NCBI GenBank assembly: GCA_030390025.1
Contig: CM059425.1
Location: 171,742,001-171,806,000 of the forward strand
Direction: 5' to 3'
Length of the DNA stretch: 64,000 nucleotides
Source: Squalus acanthias
Taxonomy: Eukaryota
A program made the position numbers and the translations under genes. The notes beneath the pieces were generated by a model, which saw nothing but the letters and a program-made list of their open reading frames with translations, had not been told where the DNA came from and made no database searches. Below are positions 47,841 to 58,315 of this stretch, piece after piece; positions within the stretch are counted from its first letter, which is position 1, and every line of letters begins with the position of its first letter.

Positions 47841-50267
47841 GCCCTAGCCCTGAACTATCATCTTTCTCTAGTTTCTCTCCCCTCATGCCCTCTCTGAGCT
47901 CAGCTTGTCCAATCAGATCCACCTCCTGCTCCCTTGACCCTATTCCCACTAAACTGCTGACCACCCAACTTCCATTCTTGGCTCTCATATTGGCTGATAT
48001 TGTGAACGGTTTTCTCTCCTCAGGTATTGCCCCCCTCTCCTTCACATCTGCCGTCATCACCCCTCTCCTCAAAAAACAACCCTTGACCCCTGAGTCCTTG
48101 CAAACTACCGCCCCATCTCCAACCTCCCTTTCCTCTCCAAAGCCCTTGAACGAGGAGTCACGTCCCAAATCCGTGCCCATCTTTCCCAGAACTCCATGTT
48201 TGAATCCCTCCAATCAAGTTTCTGCCCCTGCCACAGTACCGAAACGGCTCTTATCAAAGTCACAACTGACATCCTATGTGACTGTGACAAAGGTAAACTA
48301 TCCCTCTTCGTCCTTCTCGACCTGTCTGTAGCCTTGGACATGGTTGATCGCACCAACCTCCTCCAACGTCCCTCCACCGTTGTCTAACTTGGTGGGACTG
48401 CACTCGCCTGGTTCCATTCTTATCTATCCAGTCATAGCCAGAGAATCACCTGCAATGGCTTCTCTTCCCACTCCTGCACCGTTACCTCTGGTGTCCCCCA
48501 AGGATTTATCCTTGGCCCCCTCCTATTTCTCATCTACATGCTGCCCCTCGGCGACATCATCCGAAAACACAGCGTCAGTTTCCACATGTACGCTGATGAC
48601 ACCCAGCTCTACCTCACCACCACTTCTCTCGACCCCTCCACTGTCTCTAAATTGTCAGACTGCTTGTCTGACATCCAGTACTGGATGAGCAGAAATTTCC
48701 TCCAATTAAATACTGGGAAGATCGAAGCCATTGGCCTGTATTTTCCGATTCCTACAGGTGTGCACGAGCTGTGTACACACCCGGAGGGACCTCGCAAGTG
48801 CCGGTTTCAGGCTTGCGAAGCGCATGCGCTGAAAACCGGCACTTCCGATCTGTCAAGAATCCTCTTGACCGATTGCACGCCTGCCCTGGAGAAGGGCCTC
48901 TGCAGGTGGAGTGTGCAGAACCTCCGCCCGCTGAAATCCTTTAAAAATCTTACGCCTGGTAAAAGCAGGCGTAAGGCCTACTTTTACCAGCGTAAGAGTT
49001 TAAAAAAGTTAAAAAAAAATGTTTTCACTCATTTATAATTTAAAAATACTTTAAAAAAAGTTAAGTTTATTTTTAGCCCCGTAAAATACTTTAATTTTTT
49101 GAATTTTTGTTCAAAATATTTAATTTAATGTAATTTTAACTAATTTTAAAAAGGTGATTTAAAAAAAAATATTTAATCTTTTGATGTGTTTTTGGAGTGA
49201 TTTCCATTCATACTTTTGACAGGTCTAAGCTGAGAGACCTGCCAAAAGTATGAAGGGAGATTCCTTTCTTTCATTGGTTCCCCATGGCCCACGTGATCTC
49301 AGGGATGCTTGCGAACCGCATGTGCCCCTGGGATACCTGGGCCCTGGCGCATTTTGTAGTGGAGAGGCCCAGGAGCAGAAATGTCCGGACCTCCGGAGCC
49401 CTCAGGTAAGGGCGTAGATTTTTTCCAGATCAGAGACCTCTGCACGCAGGAAGCCTCCGATCGGAAAATACGGGCCACTGTTTTCGCTCCCTGCCACTAA
49501 TTCCGTTCCCTAGCCACTGACTCCATCCCTCTTTCTAGAAACTGTCTGAGGCTGAACAAGACTGTTCGCAACCTTGGTATCATATTTGACCCTGCGATGA
49601 GCTTTCCGACGACATATCCGTACCATCACCAAGACTGCCTACTTCCACCTCTGTAAAATCGTCCGACGCCGCCCCTGCCTCAGTTTATCTGCTGTTGAAA
49701 ACCTCAAGCGTGCCTTTATTACCTCTGCACTTGACTATTCTAATGCACTCCTTGTCGGCCTCTCACATTCTACCCTCCGTAAACTTGAGGTTTTCCAAAA
49801 CTCTGCTGCCCGTGTCCTAACTCGCACCAAGTCCTGCTCACCCCTCTCCCCTGTGCTCGCTGACCTGCAGTAGTTCCCTGTTAAGCAATGCCTCAATTTT
49901 AAAATTCTCATCCTTGTGTTCAAATCATCTCCCTATCTCTGTAATCTCCTCCATACCTACAAGATATCTGCGCTCCTCTGATTCTGGCCTCTTAAGCATC
50001 ACAGATTTTAACTGCTCCACCATTGCCGGTCGCGCCTTCAACTGCCAAGGCCCCAAGATCTGAAATTCCTTTGCTAAACCTCTCCGCCTCTCTACCTCTC
50101 TTTCCTCCTTTAAGATGCTCCTTCTCTTTGACCAAGCTTTTGGTCATCTGCCCTAATATCTCCTTAATATGGCTCGATGTCAAATTGTGTTTGATAACCC
50201 TCCTGTGAAGCACCTTGGGACGGTATATAACATTAGCAGCACTATATAAATACAAGTTGTTGTTGTT
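47841..50267 (+). mobile_element. L2 LINE RT region to tail, interrupted by a MITE
   Basis: CSLDPIPTKLL, LDLS, GVPQG, YADD; ATAAATACAAGTTGTTGTTGTT tail. Confidence 0.92.
48733..49476. mobile_element. 744-bp Harbinger-like non-autonomous element inserted in L2
   Basis: 17-bp TIR GGCCTGTATTTTCCGAT (one mismatch); TSD ATT/ACT; the empty site GAAGCCATTGTTTTCGCTCCC is visible in the L2 at ~24646-24666 (reverse strand). Confidence 0.9.
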
Positions 50268-50384
50268 GCCGTGGGACATTTTCCTACGTTAAAGGTGTTT
50301 TACAATTGAACTGGATCTTCCTGGTCTCTATGGCTCAATTATATGCCGGCTTTACAACGGAAGAAACCCTTTAAAAATTGGGTC

Positions 50385-50770
50385 TTTTATCATTCGTACA
50401 ACGCAGGTTGTGGGGCGATGTAATAGAAGTCTTTAAAATTCTAAAAGGATGAGACAGGGTAAATAGAAGCCGACTGTTTACAGTCGTTGATGGGTCAAGA
50501 ACGAGGGGCCATAGAAACAAGATTAAATTTAAGAGATTTAGAACAGAGGGCTGATGAGAATTCTACACACAGAGAGCTGTGAGGCTGTGGAATGCACTTC
50601 CAGGGTTAATGGTTGAGGCAGAAAGTATGTCAACATTAAGATTAGATTGGATAGGTGGATGAACGAAAAGGGGTTAAAGGGATAAGGGTGGGTAAATTAG
50701 AACTATTTGCTCATGTGGAGAGGAAACACTGATAGACTGGTTGGGCAAATGGCCTGCTTCCGTGCTGTCA
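50385..50770 (+). mobile_element. Degraded CR1 3' end
   Basis: RGDVIEVFKILKG...SRTRGH...; GGGCAAATGGCCTGCTTCCGTGCTGT. Confidence 0.7.
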
Positions 50771-51110
50771 CTTAAATGCTGTTTGCCAAACCTCATACTT
50801 TTTGTGTCAACAGCTAATTTTAAGATTGTGTTCCCTATACCCAAATCCAAATCATCTATATATACTGTGACCAAATGTGGACCCAACACTGACCCCTGGA
50901 GTACACCACTTCCATTCCTTCTCTGGTCTGAGCAACATCCATTTGCCCTAACTCTGTTTCCTGTCTGTCAACTAGCTTTCTCTCCATGCTGCTACATTTC
51001 CTCTTACACAGTACAACTGAATTTTTTGAACAAGTCTCTTGTGAGACACTTTATAAGACACCTTCTATAAAAATCCATACACCACATCAACTTCATTCTC
51101 TTTGTCTATC
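50771..51110 (-). mobile_element. Degraded CR1 RT fragment
   Basis: Minus strand SGVLQGSVLGPHLVTVYIDDLDLGIGNTILKLAVDTK. Confidence 0.7.
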
Positions 51111-51489
51111 CAATTGGTCAAAGTACTCTGAAGTACAATGTTCTGCAGATCAAGTTCCATGACTAGACTGGATAGCAGCCTCCAAGCTTCCTGATGTGCC
51201 ACTAACTGGTGTCAGTGGAGCAGCTACCTTCAACAAAAAGAGAATTGAAAATGGCAAGTCTCCACCAGGCTGAAAAATACCAGCAAAAATAACAAAATGG
51301 TAGGAGACTTAATATCTTAATATCTATTTATACCGTTTCATATTTTGGAAGAGGCGAGTAGTTTATAAAGAAAAGTAATCTCCTTGATGGAATCTTTCAA
51401 GAACTGCTTTTTACTTGGTAAAGAGTCACTTCAATATTACATTAAGTAATACAAAGAAATATCTGCTGACGTGCGTTAACTTTTTCTTT

Positions 51490-51845
51490 ATTCCCTCTCC
51501 ACTCCTTCTGGTGGCCACTGTTTCACTGGGATACTGTTCCAAAGGCTCCTGGCTCCCTTGGTACTCATCCAAGTGGCCATTCTTCATGTGTGAGCCTAGA
51601 CAGTGAATGCTGACAAGATATTTAATCACAAGAAGCCTTGCATTCAAGTCAATCCTGTATTAACTTGATGCCAACCCTTATGCACTTGCAGCAGGGCTGA
51701 TTATTCCCCTTCCTCACCCAGGGGCATTAAGGTAATGTAGCATCTCTAATAACACTCCAGCTGACAACAGACCGAAAATTGAACTGGGACCTTCCCGGTC
51801 TGTTTGGCTCAGTTATATGCTGCCTTTACCAACTGAGGTATCAGT
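51490..51845 (-). mobile_element. Ancient SINE-like repeat
   Basis: CCAAGTGGCCATTCTTCATGTGTGAGCCTAGACAGTG...GAACTGGGACCTTCCCGGTCTGTTTGGCTCAG; homologous to 1880-2210. Confidence 0.5.
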
Positions 51846-52075
51846 GAACTTTGAGACCTTTTTCTTGATAAATGAGCATTATTGTCGATACTCCTTCAAA
51901 AAAAACTCATTTATAAGTATTCTCGTTAACATGCTCATTTCCTCTTATTGCCCAATTTGACTATGGATTCACCCAAGTTGAAATGGAGGCATAAATCCAA
52001 CGTGGCTCATCTTCACTTCTACATGCTAAAAGCATACTGCTGGCTGGGTCTCAAATTCAACAAAATCAGGCTTAC

Positions 52076-52294
52076 CGGGTAACATTGGAGAGTTTAAAAA
52101 GCCTCTTCCAGTATATCACCAACGTATCTTCTTCCGTCTTTGCTATTAATGAAGACATAATTTTCCAAGACTCGCCACATTTATTCTGCTTTAGATTTAC
52201 ACTGCAGTGCGAGCACCTCCAGTACTTCAGCCAATAGACTGATATTCTTTTAAATGTTGGAACCAGTTTAATAATTTTGTCAGATCACATGTGC
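52076..52294 (-). other. Candidate 219-nt exon (5' UTR or start-codon exon?)
   Basis: Donor CCG|GTAAGC and acceptor TTCTGTTTAAAATAAATAG|G; unique-looking sequence; all frames have early stops; ends ATG TTA CCC G. Confidence 0.25.
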
Positions 52295-52663
52295 CTATTT
52301 ATTTTAAACAGAACAACATTAAAGTGAATGAAAATTCTTAATAATGGTTTCATTTTTTCAAAAAAAAATTACTTATCGATATTTGCTGCATAAAAAATGG
52401 CTCAATTTTCACTTAATTATTTCTGAAAATTTTCTCGCTGGGGCATTAAACTGGATGGAAAGTTGGAGATGCAAAAAGGTAAATATCTTGGTGCTCTTCA
52501 AAATGATGGACCGTAACACTGGAAAATGGAATACCCACTGCCAGCATCAAGCATTCCCAGCTCATGTATAACACATGATGCGGAGATGCCGGTGTTGGAC
52601 TGGGGTGGACAAAAGTGAGAAGTCGCACAACACCAGGTTATAGTCCAACAGTTTTATTTGAAA

Positions 52664-52701
52664 TCACAAGCTTTCGGAGCTGCTGCCCCTTCGTCGGGTG
52701 A
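52664..52701 (-). ncRNA. Minimal type I hammerhead ribozyme motif (U4C core variant)
   Basis: UCAC-CCGACGA-A-GGGGC-AGCA-GCUCC-GAA-AGCU-U-GUGA: stem I UCAC/GUGA, core C(C)GANGA, 5-bp stem II, GAAA, palindromic AGCU in place of stem III. Confidence 0.7.
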
Positions 52702-52989
52702 AGTAAAGGAATACGAATCGACAAAGCATATATAGATAGAGAACAATGCATGTGTAGCGTACAATGTCAGACGACTACATTTAATCCTCCTGACTGCCTT
52801 TCGTCACACCTCGGCAGATAAACAATCAGGTCAGCCAGGAAGGCTGCCTTCCTGGCTGACCTGATTGTTTCTCTGCCTGAGGTGTGACGAAAGGCAGTCA
52901 GGAGGATTAAATGTAGTCGTCTGACATTGTACGCTACACATGCATTGTTCTCTATCTATATATGCTTTGTCGATTCGTATTCCTTCGCT

Positions 52990-53027
52990 TCACCCGACGA
53001 ATGGGCAGCAGCTCCGAAAGCTTGTGA
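52990..53027 (+). ncRNA. Mirror hammerhead motif with a stem II base mismatch
   Basis: UCAC-CCGACGA-A-UGGGC-AGCA-GCUCC-GAA-AGCU-U-GUGA; G>U at 53002 breaks the first stem II pair. Confidence 0.6.
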
Positions 53028-54399
53028 TTTCAAATAAAACTGTTGGACTATAACCTGGTGATGTATAACACAGTAATGCTTCCATTAACTCTGCCCCAAT
53101 ATTGTGCTTCATCCCAACCTCAGATCCCCTATTCCATCAGTTTATTTTTTCCCCTTTCCTACACAAGCCAGGCATGTAGCCCTTCTGAATGAGACTTCGA
53201 ACTTGTGCCAATGTATCAGCAGTTTTATTCTTCGCTCCATATCTATGATGTGGCACAGTTATTAGGGAGCACAGACACACGATTCTGGACTAGATTAAAA
53301 ACCAAATTAAAGAGGTAAAAGGAAATCTGCAAACTCACTTCATCGCCCAGTTCCGCACCTCATGTATTTTAAAACTAAAGCCAAGAAAAATAACCAGTAA
53401 TTCTTTTATAAAATAATCAGAGAGAGCAATTGTTTATCCAGTTCCTCAGTGCTTAAAATAACTTGACTAAGCAAAGGAATGTGCTCAGCAAAACATTCAC
53501 ACTGTAGTACAATCTTAAATCACTGGCATGCCATGCAATGTGCAACATCTGATTAAATAAGCTTGAAAATTGTAAATCCCCAATCCTAACCAACATTCAA
53601 GTACTGCGAATCAAGGTAAAAGTATAGGAATTTGAATCTGAATGGTATTATATAAAAAAAATTACGTTTAACTTTGCCACCAGTTCCAACGGATAAGCTG
53701 AATTACAGCCACACATTGCACTTTTTATACCCAGGGTCCAAGATTGAACCATAAAAGAGAACTTCAGCTAGTGAATTGGAAGCTCAATATTATATTGTTT
53801 AAAGCACCACTGCTGAGCTCAGTGTTGTTCATATTCTGTTAATCAAGAGTAACGTTTAATTTTGGAGCGCCAGACAACCTACTGCAATCTGGGCGATGCT
53901 TGAAACTAGATAGCATTTGGCATGGATGCAAACAAACTGTCCGCATGCAACATTTCCTTCCCAGGTGTAATGATTCAGGACAAGAAAATAGTCTGTATTC
54001 TCACGCACACACAGCTGTTCATAACTTGCAACTATCGGGTTCCATCTAACAGAGCTGTGTTATCTAAGTGAAATCATTTTCAAAACTGCTAATATATTTC
54101 ACAGTGAATGGTTAAGTGTACCGCAAAAGGCACGACTGTGCATTGCAGCAGAAATGTTCATACCCTTAGCTAGGCATTTGTCTGTGGGCTGAGGAGATTT
54201 AAGGAGGGCAGAAAATAAAATATCCGACAAAAAAAGCAGTAGATAAAAAACAAATATTCAAGCTGACCCTAAAAGATTCTGTGACACTGAAGGGGCTCTT
54301 CTGTCTGAGGCAGCCACAGTGGTGCACTTTGTTGTTCTAATCACACCGTGCTATGGAATGGTAGATATAGATGTACTGTCCTGCAATTTCCCACACAAT

Positions 54400-56175
54400 G
54401 GGCTGAATTTTGCCGACGCTCAGAGGGCGGGTTTGGAGGCGGGTCCACTGTCAAAATGGCAGTGATTGACAGCAGGGCGGAAGTCCACTCTGAACCCGCC
54501 TCCTTGTTAATTTCCCAAGTGCCGGCTCTGCCTGCGGTTTGCAGACCCGGCTCCAAGCGACGGGTCAGGCAATTGAAATACTTAAGAAGCTGTTGAAAGG
54601 TATTTAAGCAGCATTTTACCAGGTCCTAACGACTTTTCCATCTTTTTTACGAGGTTCCTGGCGCTCGGGGATCACGTCAGGTTAGTATGTCGGGTTCTCA
54701 ATGACTCTGCATGGCTGTGAATAGTTGACAGCTGCAAAATTGGTATAAAAGCTACCATTTCACAGCTGTTCAATTTCCAATCTTAGAGGCTGGAGCCTTC
54801 AGGATTTGGAATACACTTTTCAGTTTTATGGAGGTTTGAAGTGTTTGGAGCAAACTCTCTATCCAGTGTCACCTCCTTGGAGCAACACCTCTCACCATTG
54901 ACAGATCGCTTCTGTCATCTTAACGTCAGCGGCCATCTATTCCATCAGCATCAGTGCCCTTGAAAAAATCTCACCTTGGTCATCAGAATTCCACCACGAT
55001 CAGCCCCAACACCAACATCACCGGGCACAGCAGCAGCAGCACCAACAACAACACCAGCCTTCTCCGCAATCACCTGATGCTGCACAGGACACAGGGCCTC
55101 AGCACCCGACCACATTGCTGCCCGGGACGCCAGGGATGGCCTCACCATGGTCAGATTTACTTCACTTGACGCTGTACACCCTGACTGCCACATGATGTGC
55201 CAGGTTGGCACCACCCCACAACAACACCATAAAGCTTCCCTACAATGTCCAAGCCATCTCTTTCACACTCATCACCATTGCGGGGGGTACCGTTCTATCT
55301 CACCATTCATTACAACTCACTAAGCCACTTCCAAAGGTGCGCACAAATCTGTCCAAGAAAGCAAAGTGTTGAAAATAAAGATTTCAATGTTTAACACCAC
55401 ATTAACAGAAACTTTACATGAACATTGGCGATAACCCCCAACTGCCTACCCTTGTGTGTTATTAGTTGGTATGATTAGACAAGGATGAGGATGAGTGTGA
55501 GGGGTAGCGGTAATGTAGATAGAGAGGGACGGGTGGAGGTGCAAGGTATGTTGCTGAGAGTAAGGATGTGCAGGAGTAGGGTAGGAAAGGCAGAGTGATG
55601 GGGGTGTGATGAGTGGCACAGCAGGATGAGGCAGAGTGTGGGTTTGCAGGAACGTTTTGTGATCTACTGAGATCATTGAAAGGTTTGCGCCACAGCAGCC
55701 TGGTCCTCCTGACCACATCCCTGCTTGTGTCCTCCTGTGTAATGTGCAATCAGGCTGCGTTGATCTCCTGGGGAGGTCTCTCCACCCACTGGAAGGAAAG
55801 AGAACCTCCCTTGTGTGCTGTGACTCCCTCCATAAGCATGTGGAGAGAGTAATGGGAGAGCCTGGGTGCAGGCGTGCACCTCTGTGCAGTGCTTGTCAGT
55901 GTTTGCAGCACCTCAATGCTGTAGAACACTGACAGCACAACTGTCAAAATGATTGTGGACATGTTCCCTTTAAGGAAACCGGCTGATGACGTGTCATCAA
56001 ATGACGTCACCAGATCCGCTTCCTATTAATAGGCCGGGAACCTCGCAGGGTGGGCTTAACAAGCCCCTTCAACGGAAAATCTTGTTGGAGGCGAGGATCG
56101 AGACAGATGCGGGGTCCCCACACGCAATGGACGTCACCCGCCCCTGGACCTGCCGAGGTTGGAAAAATCCAGCTC
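54400..56175. mobile_element. 1.78-kb non-autonomous Harbinger element with Myb/SANT remnant (copy B)
   Basis: TIRs GGGCTGAATTTT / AAAATCCAGCTC; TSD AAT; minus-strand APRLSHYSLHMLMEGV...PPQEINAA...SRDVVRRT...RKPFNDLSRS. Confidence 0.87.
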
Positions 56176-56418
56176 AATGAGTTCCCATTTCACACAGGCT
56201 GTCCAGAGAGGTTCGCGTCCCATCACATTAAAAGTGTTCTGGTAACTCTCTTGACTATAATCATTGTCCCTTTTTGATTTCTAACATTGAAACTTACAGG
56301 GCAGACTGGAGTCAAGGTGATTCCCCGTTATGGAATGAAAATCAGCAATTTCCCAGGCTGCTCTTGTGGATTTCTCAAAGCTAGGCTCAAAAACAGTGTA
56401 GGTAAAGAACAAGAAGCA

Positions 56419-57525
56419 ACCCGCCTTGTCCACCCATGAGGGACTGCTACTCACCCGCCTTGTCCACCCATGAGGGACTGCTACCCACCCGCCTTGTCGA
56501 CCCATGAGCGACTGCTACCCACCTGCCTTGTCGACCCATGAGCGACTGCTACCCACCTGCCTTGTCCACCCATGAGCAACTGCTACCCACCTGCCTTGTC
56601 CACCCATGAGGGACTGCTACTCACCCGCCTTGTCCACCCATGAGGGACTGCTACTCACCCGCCTTGTCCACCCATGAGGGACTGCTACTCACCCGCCTTG
56701 TTGACCCATGAGGAACTGCTACTCACCCGCCTTGTCCACCCATGAGCGACTGCTACCCACCTGCCTTGTCCACCCATGAGCGACTGCTACCCACCTGCCT
56801 TGTCCACCCATGAGGGACTGCTACTCACCCGCCTTGTCCACCCATGAGGGACTGCTACCCACCCGCCTTGTCGACCCATGAGCGACTGCTACCCACCTGC
56901 CTTGTCCACCCATGAGCGACTGCTACCCACCTGCCTTGTCCACCCATGAGCGACTGCTACCCACCTGCCTTGTCCACCCATGAGCGACTGCTACCCACCT
57001 GCCTTGTCCACCCATGAGGGACTGCTACTCACCCGCCTTGTCCACCCATGAGGGACTGCTACCCACCCACCTTGTCGATCCATGAGGGACTGCTACCCAC
57101 CCGCCTTGTCCACCCATGAGGGACTGCTACCCACCCACCTTGTCGATCCATGAGGGACTGCTACCCACCCGCCTTGTCGACCCATGAGCGACTGCTACCC
57201 ACCCACCTTGTTGACCCATGAGGGACTGCTACCCACCCTTGTTGACCCATGAGGGACTGCTACCAGAGTTCCCACTAAGGTGCACACGCGGCCACGCAGT
57301 GGTCTGAGAGGTCCCGCGCAGGCCACTCACGGGCTTTTATATTGTAGATACCTCGCATGTGCAAAAATTTGAATGGTCTACGCATTGGGGGAGGCAGGCC
57401 GCGCAGGAGGCAGTGCAGCTTACGGGGGACATTGACTGCTACACACCCGCCTTGTCTACCCATGAGGGGCTGCTACTCACCCGCCTTGTCTACCCATGAG
57501 GGACTGATGCCCACCTACCTTATCT
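56419..57525. repeat. 34-bp minisatellite, about 27 units, interrupted by a MITE
   Basis: Unit ACCCGCCTTGTCCACCCATGAGGGACTGCTAC(T/C)C with interspersed variants. Confidence 0.95.
57264..57434. mobile_element. 171-bp hAT-like MITE
   Basis: Imperfect TIRs CAGAGTTCCCACTAAG / CTTACGGGGGACATTG; perfect 8-bp TSD ACTGCTAC at 57256-57263 and 57435-57442. Confidence 0.85.
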
Positions 57526-57827
57526 ATTGTTAATAACTTGCTTTAAAGAAACTTTAAAATGAGAAACACTTTTTGTTTGACATCATGCTCTCCTGAGTAA
57601 GGTGTGGAGATTTAAGGTTGCATATTTCTACCGTTCTTGCAGCTCAACTGTATTTCCTTAGCATTGTAAGGTTCTGTGAAAGACACTAAATTTTAAACAA
57701 GGCCCAAGGAAAAGGCTTCCATTATTTTATATTAAAAACTTAAAAAGCATGCAGAAGCAGTATAGTCGATTTAAACTGCAGTGACCACAAGAACAGCTGA
57801 TACACATAATAAAAGATAAGTATCAAA

Positions 57828-58315
57828 ATGGGGTAGAGGAGCAAAGGGATCGAGGGGTACAGATACACAAATCACTAAAAGCAGCGATGCAAGTTAATAA
57901 GGCCACAGAAAGGGCAAACCAAGCACTGGGGTTAATTTCGAGAGGGATAGAATTGAAAAGCAGAGAAGTTATGTTAAATTTGTATAGAACCTTGGTTAGA
58001 CCACACTTGGAGTATTGTGCACAGTTTCGGTATCCATATTATAAAAAAGATATAGAGGCATTGGAGAAGGTGCAAAAGAGATTCATAAGGATGATACCAG
58101 AACTGAGAGCTTATACTATCTAGAAAGCTTGAACAGGCTGGGGCTCTTTTCTCTAGAAAAGAGAAGACTGAGGGGTGAGCTGATAGAGGTCTTTAAAATT
58201 ATGAAAGCGTTTGAGAGGGTAGACGTAGAGAAGATGTTTCCACTTGCGGGGGAGACAGAAACTAGAGGCCATAAGTAGATAATAGTCACTAATAAATCCA
58301 ATAGGGAATTCAGGA
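57828..58315 (+). mobile_element. CR1 ORF2 C-terminal fragment
   Basis: ORF 57887-58123 LYRTLVRPHLEYCAQF...LEKVQKRF. Confidence 0.85.

Larger units (their letters stand above)
52576..53060 (-). mobile_element. Penelope-like element, fold-back (inverted pLTR) insertion
   Basis: 12-bp TSD ATGTATAACACA (52564-52575, 53061-53072); 430-bp palindrome 52631-53060 centred on 52845; unpaired 55-bp tail 52576-52630; AATAAA...TGTTGGACTATAACCTGGTG pLTR-type end. Confidence 0.85.

Noticed and set aside
47384..50267. Single twin-primed CR1/L2 chimera with tails facing outwards
   Set aside because: The CR1 has its own 8-bp TSD (CCTGTGAA), so the two LINEs are separate insertions.
52853..52900. Additional hammerhead near the hairpin apex (CTGAGGTGTGACGAAAGGCAG)
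   Set aside because: Lacks a CUGANGA core and a pairing stem II.
56419..57263. CRISPR-like array, or a covarying RNA hairpin (GTCC..GGAC versus GTCG..CGAC) in the 34-bp repeat
   Set aside because: Units are head-to-tail with no unique spacers, the context is eukaryotic, and many units carry the non-complementary combinations.
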